Part shown: positions 1 to 14,830 of the stretch, piece after piece
Layout: every line of letters starts with the position of its first letter
Numbering within the stretch: position 1 is the stretch's first letter
NCBI GenBank assembly: GCA_009914755.4
Contig: CP068257.2
Coordinates: forward strand, 29,632,001-29,696,000
From: the human T2T-CHM13v2.0 reference genome, Homo sapiens
Reading direction: 5' to 3'
Length of the DNA: 64,000 nucleotides
Position numbers and translations under genes: made by a program
Notes under the pieces: model-generated
Told to the model about the DNA's origin: nothing
What the model saw: the letters and a program-made list of their open reading frames with translations, nothing else
The model's database searches: none

Positions 1-689
1 TTTATGAGGTACTCAAGATATTGATCCAAACAACTACCCCGAGTCCTCAACCCATATGCCTCCACTAACAATGATGAAAATTACAACAGCTAACAAAGTT
101 GCCCTTACTGGCTGCTTCCTAAGAACCAGGCACTATGCTTCACATATTATTTCATTCTACTTTCTCAAAAAACCTTATTACCCCCATTTGACAGATGAAG
201 AAATTAAGGCTACAAGAATGTGAACAACTTACCCAAAGTCACTCAGGTAAGAAGACGTGGAGCCAAAATATCCGGCTTGGACACCATCAGCAAAACCTGT
301 CCTCAGGCAGGAACACAGACAGTCTAATGCCGATTTTCTTTTTCTCGGCTTCCCCTACATCCTCCATCCTATGCCCATTATATTTAGACCCCCTTTCCAG
401 CAGAACATACCCTTGAAATGCCCATTTGACTTGCACTGGAGCAAGGCTGGAAGGTGCAGTACCACCTCCTACTGGGCAATCAGAGTGCTGACTGCAGGGA
501 AGTCTGCTGGTCAACCTTGAGGCTGCTCCGCCATTCAAGGCAAACGGACCCAGTCTGGAATTTTAACCTGAAGCACCATCTACAAACCACCTCCACATCC
601 TCAGCAAAAGCCAAGACTCCCTGAACTCTGCCTCAGAGAACAGAAGTACCAGAAAAGGCCCAATGCATGCAGGATTACTCCACATTTCT

Positions 690-800
690 TTCTTTCTTTC
701 TTTTATTGACACAGAGTCTCACTATGTTGCCCAGGTGGGACTTAAACTCCTAGGCTCAAAGCATCCCCCTGCGTCAGCCACCAAGCCGGCTCAACTGCCC
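690..800 (-). mobile_element. Alu monomer-like fragment (FLAM/AluJ-like), diverged
   Basis: gacacagagtctcactatgttgcccagg...ctcctaggctcaaagcatcc matches the minus-oriented Alu left-monomer region; truncated and diverged. Confidence 0.45.
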
Positions 801-883
801 AACATTTTATTATCCTAATCTTAATTATCATTGCCAGCTAAGGTAATGGTGCCTCCATTCACTAGGAAAACACTTTCAAAATC

Positions 884-948
884 TTTTTTTTTTTTTTTTT
901 TTTTTGAGATGGAGTCTCGCTTTTGTTGCCCAGGCTGGAGCGAAGTCT
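884..948 (-). mobile_element. short truncated Alu fragment with poly-T tail
   Basis: T(26) run followed by gagatggagtctcgcttttgttgcccaggctggagcg; only about 45 bp of Alu body. Confidence 0.5.
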
Positions 949-1683
949 CTTAGTTTCCTCCCCACGGTTTCGTGCACTAGACCCCGAAGCAGGCAAGCTG
1001 AGCATCTTTATCCCCATTTTTCAGAGGAATGACTAGAAGTCAGGGTTTGCCCAAGGTCAAACAACTAGCTGGTTGCAAAGTAAGAATTGGAAGCCACCCA
1101 TGTTATTCCTTCCGCTACACCTCCCTCCAGAGACAGGGCTGGCCAGCATCGCACGGAACAGGAAATTGAAATGGCTCCCGGTAAGGCAGCGAGCCTGCCA
1201 ACCACCGAGAGAAGCTGACAAGTGACCCAAACCCGCCCAGAATTTAAAATGCCTCCTCAGAGGAGTTGCCGACTAACCTCCTCCCACCTGCTGCAGTGAA
1301 GAAATAAGTTCCAAGAGTCTGCAACCCACCATGCCTGTTTTTCCACGGGAAGGACCAAGTTAGAAAGGAAGCTTGAATAAGTGGGATGCTGTTGAAGAAC
1401 TAAGATGTAGAAGCAGTTTCCCAATATGAACTTACTAGCTTTTTTCCCACTCCTATCACATCGCCACTCCCCCCACACACTTCCCTTAATCCCCACCCCT
1501 TAACCACAGAACTCTAAGAGGGGCAAAGCAGAAGAGAGAGAAATCCTCCCAAAACAGCACCAGCTGCAGCAACTACCAGGCAAACAGGGTAAAACCCGAT
1601 TAAAAGATGGAAATCTTCTAAGAGCAAAGTCATGCACTTAAAGAGTCATGCACCATTCCCAAAATATTGAAACAAATTTCAAT

Positions 1684-1693
1684 CACTTTACCT
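1684..1693 (-). promoter_or_regulatory. 5' splice donor (CAG|GTAAAG) ending the coding exon
   Basis: Minus strand reads ...ACA ACT CAG|GTAAAGTGATT. The in-frame stop (TGA) lies 6 nt into the putative intron, so the ORF end coincides with a consensus donor. Confidence 0.6.
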
Positions 1694-2654
1694 GAGTTGT
1701 TTTAGCTCTTCTGCCTTGCATGCTGTTGCTATGGCTAATTTGTGGGTTGGTGGCACCTTCAGAGAGACAGTGAGATTTCCTACAGGGAAGTGTGTTATAA
1801 TTACTGTACGGAGGAGTCTCTTCAGCAGCAGCTGGTGGCATCTTATGGTTTGCAAGATTGGGAATATCAGACACCAAATTCCGACAGTAGCCTGCAAATT
1901 TGCTCCCCGGCCCCCCGTTTGCTGTCACTCCAGAGTTTTTCTGAGCATACAAGTCACCCAAGGAATTGGCTCTCTGACAGGTGCTGAGCTGCCGCGGACT
2001 CGCCCGCGTTTCCATCCCCCGAGCCTCCTCGCAGTCCTTCTCTTCGGCGGAACCCAAGATTTCTTCGTTGCTTGTTAAATGTTCTTGGCTCAGATCAGAG
2101 AGTGAGAATTCCAGGCTGTCCTCCCGCCAGATGTCTGCAGATTTGGAGCGTTTCTTCTTAAAGCTCGCCGTCTCCATGAAAGTGGGCCCATTGGATGTAT
2201 AGGAATGCTGCCTCCTGCCTCCCTCAGCCAAATATGTAGCGTCATCCCCGTAAAGCCTGCTCTCCTCAGTGTCTGGCATGCTCTGCACAGAGGCTGCTGT
2301 GAGGACGATGCTGCTGTCTACGCTGGGAGTGACAGAAGAGTCAGTGTAAGACACAGGTCTCAAGCCCATGTCCACTCGGTCCACCCAGATGGGGCTCCCG
2401 AAGTCTTCTAGGGTACCATCTTGGGAGAAGGGCTCCAGGCCATTTTCAGCCAGGGACTGGGGGATGCTGGGGGTGCTGCTGGATCGGGTGCTCACTTCGG
2501 AGTTCCTGTGGATCACCTTCCCCGAGGAAGCGTGCCTGGTCCTCCGCGTCTTGTGCGAGAGGCGCAGGGAGCGGGAAGTGTGCTTGCGCCCCAGGCTGGC
2601 ATGCTTTTCTCCATAAAACTCGTGCTCTACATGTTGACTTTCTGCGTTTCCCAT
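1692..2654 (-). CDS. First coding exon (321 codons, ends in phase 0) of an unidentified protein with an MGNAESQ N-terminus (N-myristoylation-type motif); Ser-rich, predicted disordered
   Basis: Longest ORF in the window (323 aa in the track). ATG at 2654..2652 in Kozak context aaaaccATGG. Exon bounded by an acceptor-like ...ccccccgctttgctgcag| 10 nt upstream and a donor CAG|GTAAAG at 1692/1691. CpG-dense relative to flanks (e.g. 1960-2060, 2480-2600). KKKRSKS basic patch; YGDDATYLAEGG and TPPYSNY tyrosine motifs. Confidence 0.7.
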
Positions 2655-2695
2655 GGTTTTATGGTCTGCAGCAAAGCGGGGGGAAAGGGGAGAAT
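2655..2695 (-). promoter_or_regulatory. 3' splice acceptor (polypyrimidine tract plus CAG) and Kozak context; exon probably begins at 2665
   Basis: Minus strand: cccctttccccccgctttgctgcag|accataaaaccATGG. Pyrimidine-rich tract then AG, 10 nt before the ATG; A at -3 and G at +4. Confidence 0.5.
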
Positions 2696-3198
2696 TGAGT
2701 CACTATTAGTACAGGTATAGGCATCTTAGAGAAAGCGCTCAGCCTGCAGGGAGGGCAGAACACCTTGGCTCACAGGGGTTGTTAGGTAAGTAACAGCACA
2801 ACTTCCTATATGCACCTGGTAGGTTCTCGGACTCTTACCTGGGAGCAGGTGAACAGTAACATCATCTACTGAGACTGCCCCCTGAGATGTGAAATGAGCT
2901 CATAAATATGAGCATCAGAGAGTTAGACTTGTCTCTGCCCAGAGAGAAGATGGCCACAGGCCATAGCTGAGAGCGCTGCTTTTGGACAGCCAGAAACTCT
3001 GCTGACCTTGTCTTCCTTACTAAACATTTGAAGTTCTGCTCCTATCTATACATTGAAAACTCTGAAAGTACAAACCAAAATGTTCACCAAGGGAGTAATT
3101 TCTGTTTGAAATGATACACATATTTCAAAAAACAAAACTTAGAGGTGCATTTGGTAACCTCCTTCCCTCCCTGACAATGGGTACGTTTCGTTTTTTCA

Positions 3199-3215
3199 TT
3201 TTTTTTTTTTTTTTT
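3199..3215. repeat. poly(T) run
   Basis: catttttttttttttttttttggc. Confidence 0.8.
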
Positions 3216-5256
3216 GGCTCTATTTGAGCTCTAATGATACTTCAAAATCAATCAAAAATGGAAAACCTCAAGGTGTAAGTCTGATCAACTTTTCCTAGTA
3301 AATCAAAGTCAAAAATTAAAAAAAAAAAGCTTTGACCTTTAATGTCACAGCCTTCTGAGAACCTGGATTTTGGGGCATTTGGGGAGGGCTATGGAGGGGT
3401 GGTGGGGATGGGCAAAACAAAATAGAAAAAAATAGAAACTCCGCTCTCTGCTTAGCAGTAGATTAATGGGTTTATTTCTGGGAGCAAATCCAACCTGTGA
3501 ACATTAATCTGGTACAGCATGCCCTGCAAACAGAAATTCACATTGTGAAACCACTAAGTGTGATTCCGCCTTCTGGGGCCCCCCAGGTTAATTCAAGTCC
3601 CTCCTTAATATTTTTACAGTCTCTCTCACTGACCCGATGACACAATTCTGTTACCCACAGTGGGAAAGAGAAAAATCTTCAAAGCTCGACAACTGTGACT
3701 CTACTTAGCCTATTCTTGTTCCATGAAGTCTCTCTAGCGCACTTCAAATTGTATGCACTTAAGATAACGCACATGAAAATAGCTGGAAAGGAAAGAAGAA
3801 AAACAGAGTAACTGGGCATATCTCTGAGGTGGTTCTTTTAACCACCTATAGAGCCATTCATTCAGAAAATACACATTGAGCACCTACCATGTTCTAGAAG
3901 CCAGAGATACAGCAGTGAACAAAAGGGACACATCCCCTACTCTCATGAAGCTAATTTCTAGCCAGGGAAGGCACGTGATAGACAAGAAAGTAAAAGCATC
4001 GTGGTGAAGCAGGAAGTGATATTACCGTGATCATTGCAAAGAGATCGAAAGAGCCTGGAACACAATATACCTTCACATTGATCCCAGACTTACTCTATAA
4101 TTCCACTGTTCAGGCTAAAACGTTGCTGAAACTCTCACCAGCACATCTTCACTGAAATAAAATTTGTGGCAACACAAAGGGAAACCCTCCATTGAATGTT
4201 CCAGTGAGTTCAGGGGTAACTCATACAGACACCAGATGTTAAGCTGTTCCCAGGCTGGAATATTCCCCACCAGGTCACACATCACAGGAATCTCAGAGGG
4301 AATTTTCCAATAAAGACAATCTCTTTTTTACTAGGAGCAAGTAGATTTCAAAGCAATATGTTCACGCTTCTCTGGTATCTTTAAGAAGCAAGAAAAAAGA
4401 TAAAAACGAAAAGATCAACGGTCTGTGCACAACCATTTATATTATCTAAATTCCTAAGAATGGTACATGCTACATTTCTTACAAGTAAAATAAATAAATA
4501 TGCATTTCAATAACACTAAAGGCTTTGACCAATGCCTTGGAGTTCTTTATTTTTTTAAAGTACATATTAAGATACCTGGATGTGCCTATGTAACTATATG
4601 TTTTGCCAATAAATAAAGACTTAGAACCAATGTTAGTCACAGCCCCATTTTAAGACTCACATAGGTTTAAATTTAAAAGAGGAAAGAACTATGAGGAAAT
4701 AAATTGAGTAAAAGGCAAAACTGTCGCCTCAAATATGCTAAGATTTACCCTCCTCTAGCACATATATCAAAAGTTTGCAAACATAAATTGACACATATAT
4801 TTTCAACAACAGCTTTCTGGTAAGGCTTGTTTCTGCCAACAGAAAACTCATCAAGTTAAAAGCCTCAGGAGAGGTTTCCTGAAGGAAATGGCCCCAACCT
4901 TCAAGAATTACCGCACTACATGCATCACGCTGATGGGTCTGTTATATTAATAGCATTTTTAGTAGCAAGATTCTTTTCAGCTGGCCAAGGTAGGAAAGAA
5001 GCCACTTTTATCTTCAGAACTAGAATGTAGAGAGGAATGCCAAATCTCCTAAATCCTACTAAGAGAAACTCTCAGGGGATGGCCTAAGGAGAGTGAGCAG
5101 GAAGTTTGAAGCAACTGAAGTTAAGAAAAATAAGTTTCTAGGGATTGCTGAAACACCCTTCAATTTGAAAGCTGTTCCTGAGAGGTTAATAAGAACGATG
5201 AAAGCCCATGTGGGATCAGCGGAGGACTCTGAAATAACATCAGCGTGAAAAGTTGA

Positions 5257-5653
<397 letters not shown>

Positions 5654-6289
5654 GATGAATTTTAAGTTTTACCCTTTCCATGTACAAATGTAAAATGCCA
5701 GCTACTTCCATCATCTTAATTTCTTCCTATTCAATCTTACTTAACCCTTTTTATTTTTATCTTCAACAAACAAAACCTGATTTGCATTTTATATTTGTGT
5801 GGGTTTTGTTGTTCCTGTAGCCCAAAGAAAGCAAATTCAGAGCAGAAATTAACTTTTACTTTTTTTACGGCTTCCACAAGACTAGAAATATTCCACGCAC
5901 GATAAAGCATCAGTAAATATCGGTGCATTTTAGTAACAAAAGCAAAAAGTGAAGGACCAGCACCTCACTAACATCATCACACAGTCACTAGGTAGGAGAG
6001 AGAATATTTGGGACAAGGAGGACAGGCTGAAATGCAAAAATTGGGATTGACATTGAAAAGGTGGATGCCAGAAAACTGGTACTAGATCTCAAGCTTGGAA
6101 ACACTACCAGTTTTAAATTCATTAAACTCTTAATTTCAGACTATGATTTACTTATATAGAATGTTAGTGGTCCCACATAGCTCTCATGTTTAGGGACTAG
6201 GTAGGAGGGAGGGAGGACAAGCTTTTAGCCTAAGAACAACTCTCCATATTCAAACCTCAAGTCTGGCTTCTCGTGCTTTTCTTTCTTTC

Positions 6290-6540
6290 CAATCTTCTAA
6301 GTCAAGCTTGTCCAACCCATAGCCCACAGGCCACATGGATGGCTTTGAATGCAGCCCAACACAAATTCATACACTTTCTTAAAACACTATGAGATTTTTT
6401 TGCAATTTTGGTTTTTTTGGCTCATCCGTTATCGTTAGTGTTAGTGTATCTTATGTGTGGCCCAAGACAATTCTTCTTCTTCCAATGTGGCCCAGGGAAG
6501 CCAAAAGATTGGACATCCCTGTTCTAAGTTCTGGCTTCCT
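6290..6540. mobile_element. ancient interspersed repeat, probably a DNA-transposon (hAT/MER-type) fragment
   Basis: gcttgtccaacccatagcccacaggccacatggatggctttgaatgcagcccaacacaaattcatacactttcttaaaacactatgagatttttttgc...gtgtggcccaagacaattcttcttcttccaatgtggcccagggaagccaaaagattggacatccctg is a high-copy motif I recognise as a human interspersed repeat. Exact family not recalled. Confidence 0.35.
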
Positions 6541-7644
6541 TAGCCTGCCTCAGGGCCTGTGCCTGTCCCTCTGCCTAGAACGCTCTGCCTTTCCGCCTAC
6601 TCCACCAAGTTCCTTCAGACCTTCAATCAAATGTCCCCTGGTCAAGGAGGCCTTTCCTGACCCCTCCTCCATCTAAAATGACAACCAGTGCTGCAGCACT
6701 CAACATTTCTTACCCCTCTTCTTTTGCTTTGCCTTCACATTGATCATAATTGTAACCAACATATATTTCACTTACTGGTCTTTCTTATTCTCTATCCTTT
6801 CCCACTAGAGCCTAAGCTTCAGGAGGGCTGGAAGTGTCTTGTTTCCTGCTGTATCCTCATTGCCTAGAACCCAGCCTGAAAGGTTGTAGGTGGTCCATTA
6901 AAAAAAACACCAAAAACCCAAAAGAAAAAAAAAAATACTGGAATGAATGAATGACAAAGACACTTTAATCTAAGATGTGAAAACTCATACAACTACAATG
7001 CAACATAGGTGAGAACATGACCACAATGCTAATGAGACACAGCACACATCAGTCTTAAATACGCTAGCCTCTTCTCTCAGGATGCCTGGAAGAAACTTCC
7101 CAATCAGCTCTCTGCTCTCTGGGTCCCTTCCACCTGCAGGTCTGTGTCAGTCCCTTACTCTGGACCACTGGGTTGAAGGTCATCCTGATCCATGAACTTA
7201 GGGGTGAGGGTGTTCAGCTTGTGCTCCAGTGTGTTCCCCTCCCCACCCCCAATTCTTCCTGGGGAAAGAATTAAGGGCTTGCACCTGTCTAATTCCACTG
7301 AATTCTTGCCTCCAGTTCCTATCTTCCTCTTCCTTTTGGAGCTGCAGTGCAGAGGTTCAGGAATGAGGTTAAGAGTTGAGAGGGCAAGTGTAGAACTGCT
7401 CAGGCCTAGGACGATCCAGAGAAAGTGAGAGCAAAGGAGTCTTAGTGGCATGATGGGCAAGAGTGTCATCTGAAAGTGGTATGGGGTCAAAGCATCAGGA
7501 GTTCCTGGGGGAGTGCTCAGGGCCAGGGATCAAAGACAATAGGATGAGTGTGATTTTTCTTTTCTTACCAACACCATGATCCCTCTCTTAAAGTGATAAG
7601 TTAAACTTTTCAATAAGTAATCACCTTAAGGGCCTTTAAATCCC

Positions 7645-8010
7645 ACCAAATTAAATGCAGATGCTCCTCCATTTATGATGGGGTCATGTCCTCATAAACC
7701 CATTGTAAGGTGAAAATATCCTAAGTCAAAAATTCATTTAATACACCTAACCTACCAAACATCATAGCTCAGCACAGCTTACCCTAAATGGCTCAGAACA
7801 CTTACATTAGCCTACAGCTGAGCAAAATCATCTGACACAAAGCGTATTTTAAGTATTGAATGTTTGTTGAATATTTATTTATAATAAGTGTTGAATATTT
7901 CATGTAACTTACTGAATACTGTGCTGAAAGTGAAAAACAAAATGATTGTATGTGTACCACCGTAAAGTTAAAAAAACACAAGTCAAACCACCCTAAGTTG
8001 GGGACTGTCT
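7645..8010 (+). mobile_element. TcMar-Tigger-like DNA transposon fragment
   Basis: ...cctaacctaccaaacatcatagctcagcacagcttaccctaaatggctcagaacacttacattagcctacagctgagcaaaatcatctgacacaaagcgtatttt... ending ccaccctaagttggggactgtctatac (Tigger-type cgtaagtcggggactgcctgta terminus, diverged). Confidence 0.4.
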
Positions 8011-8699
8011 ATACATAGTAAAGGAATTAAAAGGTATTTTAAGAAACTTTATCAATATACACAAATACTTATTAGTTAGGGTGGTTCATATATATATATC
8101 AGGTAGGTGGTCATTTCTCAGGGGCTGCTTTTATAGATTTATTAGGCTACTAAGCCTTTTGTAAAAAAAAAAAAAAAAGATATAGAACTATACACATATA
8201 TTGAAACAATGTCAAATTCCTGGCTTTAGTATTTTACTATAATCATGTAAGATGCAACCATTAGAAAAAACTAGGTGATGGTTACATTTCCTGCATACAA
8301 TTTCCTGTGAATCATAATTATTTTGAAATAAAAAGTTGAACAAACAAAACGAGCCTTAACTAACTAACTGAATATTCTAATGAAACTGTAGTTTAAAGTA
8401 AGGGTTCTTCCAAAAGAAATATAGTTGAATCCCCTTTTATTTTTAGCTGAAAAGCATCTAGAATATTCTAACATAATTTCAATGAATTAGGCAACAACAA
8501 CAACAAAAAAGCAAGCATTTAGCATCATCTGGCAAAATGTGATCAGAAAGTACAAAGCAAACAGAACAGTGGTCCAAAATGAGGTTAAATAAAGAGGTGA
8601 TGTTGATTATAGGATAAAGCTTCTGTCTTAATAAACTAGTGAAAAAAAAATAAGTTGTTAATATCTGGTGCCAGCAAGTTGGAGTAAACCAACTAAGGC

Positions 8700-9620
8700 C
8701 TATCTTGCCCCAGCTAATGACAACTAAAAACTCTGGACCAAAAAGTAAACAAAAGCAAACAAATAAAAAAATAAAATAAAAAAAGATCAAAACCTGAGGA
8801 TGCCACCCATTTAAGGGTGAGTTTCCTATTTTGTTTTTGTTGTCCTAATTTCTCACCCAGCCTTATACCAAGGGTGAGTACGGCTCCAGTGAAGCTATGG
8901 CACAGGCAACAAAAACTCTGGATCAGACCTTGTTGTTCCACCCAGAGGAATCAAGAATGGTCCCTGTAAGCCAGAGAGAGTGTGGAGATCTTAGAGAAAA
9001 GAGAACTGGAAAAGAACATCCCATAATGGTGTGTATAAATCTGCACAAGTGACAGGCTCACTCCTCAGATGCACATGCCTAGGACTGACCCAAAGCAAGA
9101 TAGCAAAAGCTTTGAGAACTGAATCATGACATAAACCACAGCCCAACCCTCAGACTAACCCCTGAGTGGCACAAAAACGGGACAAACTCAAAGCAGTATA
9201 CCAAAGGCTTTGAAAACTGAACTGACATTAGAGCCTCCACCCACGGAGGTGAGACAGCACTTACAATCTGAACCAAGTCAGGTTGACTGCCTGCAAAATA
9301 ACAACAAGGAAAAATCAATATTCTCCAGATGATGTAACAATACCTGGAGTATCACAACATAATATTCAAAATGCCCACAATGCATTCCAAAGAACCAGGA
9401 AAATTTAATTAGCTCTCAGGGGTAAGTACAATCAATAGATGCCAATCCCAAGGTTGCCCAGATGTTGGAATTATCACACAAAGACTTTTAAAGCAACTAT
9501 TACAAGTGTGCTTCCTGAGTAAATGTAAACACCCTTGAAATTAATGAGAAACTTAACTGCTTGCAATGCCTGTGCAAGATCATTATGAACATCAATGATG
9601 ATATTAATACATGAGTAAAT
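8700..9620 (+). mobile_element. old L1 (L1M/L1P-type) 5' UTR-ORF1 start fragment
   Basis: ...gatgttggaattatcacacaaagacttttaaagcaactattacaagtgtgcttcctgagtaaatgtaaacacccttgaaattaatgagaaacttaactgc matches the L1 ORF1 5' region (gatgttggaattatcagacaaagactttaaagcagctattata...). Interrupted at 9620 by an Alu. Confidence 0.5.
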
Positions 9621-10025
<405 letters not shown>

Positions 10026-10510
10026 TTAATAGAAAGCCACCCTGTGTTCAAAGTCCTGGGCATAAAGAACATAGAAAAATATTTCCACAACCACAGATTG
10101 TTGAGGGAAAACAGGAAAGAAAAAGACACAAAGGAATCTGGAAACAACTTCATCACCTTGAGAACTAAGGAGGTTATAATAATATTTTTATGGTTTAGGA
10201 TGTCTAATGCCCTCAATTACACCAGCGGTTCCAGTGGTGCTCCTAGCAGACAGCAGGACAGGATGCCTCACCCCCTAGCTGAAGAACAGGAAACTTCCAC
10301 ATGAACAATGCCCAGCCCTGTGGGTCAGCTGGCCAGGGCTTGCCCCGTGTGGGAGTAAATAATCCAAAAGGTGATTCTACCACTGGGGTCAAACATCTCT
10401 AGTGCAAAATTCTTCTCATCTTCCAGAATTAAAATCTGAGATTTGAGATGCACGTTCAACATACAGACCTTGAGACAGCTAAAAATTTTCTCCAAGAATA
10501 TTAAGATGTG

Positions 10511-10845
<335 letters not shown>

Positions 10846-12469
10846 TCACATGCATATACACATGATAAATCTGCGTAAGAATTTTAAAAAGCAATTATTC
10901 CGGATGGATTGCTTGTAGGGCGTTTTAATTTTCACAATTATACCTTTTTTTGGTATTTTCTAATGTTTTTATAGTAAATACGTAATTCACTTTAAGGAAA
11001 GTAAAATAAATAGAACATGCCAACAGGTTTTTAAGTCACCGAATTTTTTTTTACAGTTGAAGAGAGTAAGGATGTGGGCACTATGCTGACAGCTACAACA
11101 AAACGGCATCAAACCCAAACTCTAAAACAGATGGCCTGGAAAAATTACCTAAGATGAAGAAAATACTACCTAGCTTGGACTTATTCTACTTTTTCGCTAT
11201 ATTTCAATGGCACACTGACCTCCTCTCATTGTATCTATGGCAGCGTTATTTGTACACTGGCACATTTGTCTTGTTTTTAAGTACCCTCTTCTCATTTTAT
11301 TATAAAATCTCAATGGCAGAAACCATCTCTTACTTGTGATGGTAACCTAAATATACGGAAGTTTTCGTCTAGCTCTTCTGAGTGGGAATGTTCAACACCG
11401 ACATTGCCTTATAACAAGGGCACTTCAAATACATAAAACCTTAGATCTCACTGGTGGGTCCATGATCATCCAATTCATATCATATTCAAGTTAACTGTGA
11501 AAGCAAGGTTTCTCTGTCGTTGGGAAGGACATTGTGAAATCTGACCATAAGGCATTTAATGATGTAAGTTATAATGATTAATAATATAAATTTTCACTCC
11601 CCTGAGGTATTTAAAAACTTATTAAAATAAACGTAATCATTACCCTTCTATGACTTGAAAACAGGCCTCCAAAACTGCAGGAGAAAGGATGAAATGTATT
11701 TATTTCTAAGTTAAATTTGAAGCGAAATCACAAGACAACAGATTGCAAATGTAAAATTAGATTCTAGTGGGAGGTCTTGGTTTCAAGCCTGTTTTTTCCC
11801 TACTGGAGGCTGAGCTTGAAGACGGTGTTGGGGGGTGGGGGTGAGGGAGAGCTAAGATTAAATTGAGACGAAGTTCTGAAAGTTTTCGCTAAATCGTTAC
11901 AACCCATGAAAAGAGTTTTGCCAAGTCACACACAAATACCCTGAACACCAGAGACTAAGCAGGAAAGTTTTGCAACAAATATAAGATGATCTTTGATTTT
12001 GAAAAGATTATTATTTTGACTGTGTTTATTTTTACTTTTCAAAGATTATCCAAAGCAGAAACAAAACATATCATTGTTTTCAAGTCAGATTTTGAAGCTC
12101 GGGTTTGCCTTTTTCAAACATAATCCGATATAAAGATGGTGAAGCCCAGGGATAAATTTACGAGATCCTGAGGGCAATTCACAGCGGAGAAAGGATTTCA
12201 TAGGCACCTACTTTGTCTTTTCTGTTTTGTTTTAACGCTAATGCTTTCGAATTGTCAGATAGGTGTAACCCTAATCCAAGGAAGTGATTCCAAATTCTTT
12301 TTCCCACGAGCTACACACAACAATGATAGTAAAACGTATCTGTCCCACCACCTTTGAAGCATTTCCATTAATTCATACAAACATATAGGCTCAAATATAC
12401 ATATGCAAACCTACCTTAAAAGGCAACAGTGGTCCCCAGCCCAACTTGCTCCAAGAGCACTGTGGCATT

Positions 12470-13515
<1,046 letters not shown>

Positions 13516-14794
13516 TCTTTCCTGTAACAATATGACATCCCAAATCAAATGATGCAACATTTGGATACAGGCATAAAATGACAGGCTTAAATCAGATAAA
13601 TAAATAAATACACACCAGCCTATTTACATTTAGGGTAATACATAGCCCTACAGACTAAGTTATCTTATTATTTTAATCTATCTGTGTATATTAAGGTGTT
13701 GGACAACAGAAACAGGTTACTACAGAATGATTCCCATGTCCCACTCAATCTTCAGAGTCTCAAGAAACAGAAATGAAAGGAAACCAGCAACCCTCAGTTA
13801 TTCTCAAAGTAGTGCTGTATTTATAACAAACATTGAAGAAAATGCTGAAAGAGAGTAAAACAGAAGCCCAAATCACTTACATAGAACTTTCCATTGTATA
13901 CACGTTTTCTTACGAAGGCAAACATCAAATTCAGAGAAAATGCATGAAGAATATGCACAGGAAAAAATTTAGGTAAAAGATCCAAACTGCAATTTAACAT
14001 GGAAAATCAATGGACAAGAGCTCCAGGAACACGTGGGGTTAATGGGGTTGTTTTATTTCCTTCATCTTTTTAAAGCCTGCTGGTAGAGGTGAAATTACAA
14101 ATACTAAGGCAAGCAAAAGAAAGGCCTGAAGGGCCTCTTTGGGTGGCTTCATTTTGGTACTTTCTTCCCAGACATTCCCCTGGGGCTGCCCGCTGCTGGT
14201 GGTTTCAGCAGGTGGGAACCTGAGATGACAAACACTTTGAGCAGGAATATGAAGAAAACTGCCTATTTTGTGGAAAGGAGCCACATACAGGCAGTAAATA
14301 AATATATACGTCTATCCAGAATGGAACAATAAGCAAAGACAGTTCTTCCTTATCTTGGAAAATATGCTATTTAACCATGAAGTTAGTGACTCATGCTTGC
14401 AGGGAAAGGAGCACGAGTTCTCAGCAATACCCCATTATTACCCCACAATATATTCCCTTTCCACAATTCCCCCATTGCTACCCGGTTGGCTCCCTTTCCC
14501 TGGGCATCCTCCTTAAACGGCTCTCTGCGAATTTCCGAATTTCCAAAGCAGTTCCTGAATTGCTTAGGAACTGGCAGAAATTAATAAGCAATAGCCCATT
14601 TATGCTGAAATGGACTCATTACGGTGCCAGCTGCCAATAATTTGCAAGGCTGGATTCTTCCTGGCAAAGGAGGCCGGCAGGCGGCTGTCCTTCCACCTGC
14701 ACAACGGAGGCTGATAATGCATTTTCTATACTTTAAAAAAATTACGTATTCAGATAGAATAAAATTTTTTCTCTATCTATATTCTTCTAGTCCC

Positions 14795-14830
14795 TGAACA
14801 AAAAAATATATAAATAAATAAATAAACAAA
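14795..14830. repeat. (AAAT)n / A-rich simple repeat
   Basis: aaaaaaatatataaataaataaataaacaaaaaaaaac. Confidence 0.7.

Noticed and set aside
1716-2616. Several plus-strand ORFs (68-120 aa) overlapping the 1692-2654 exon
   Set aside because: They lie antisense to a much longer, splice-bounded ORF. The high GC and CpG content of the exon suppresses stop codons on the opposite strand.
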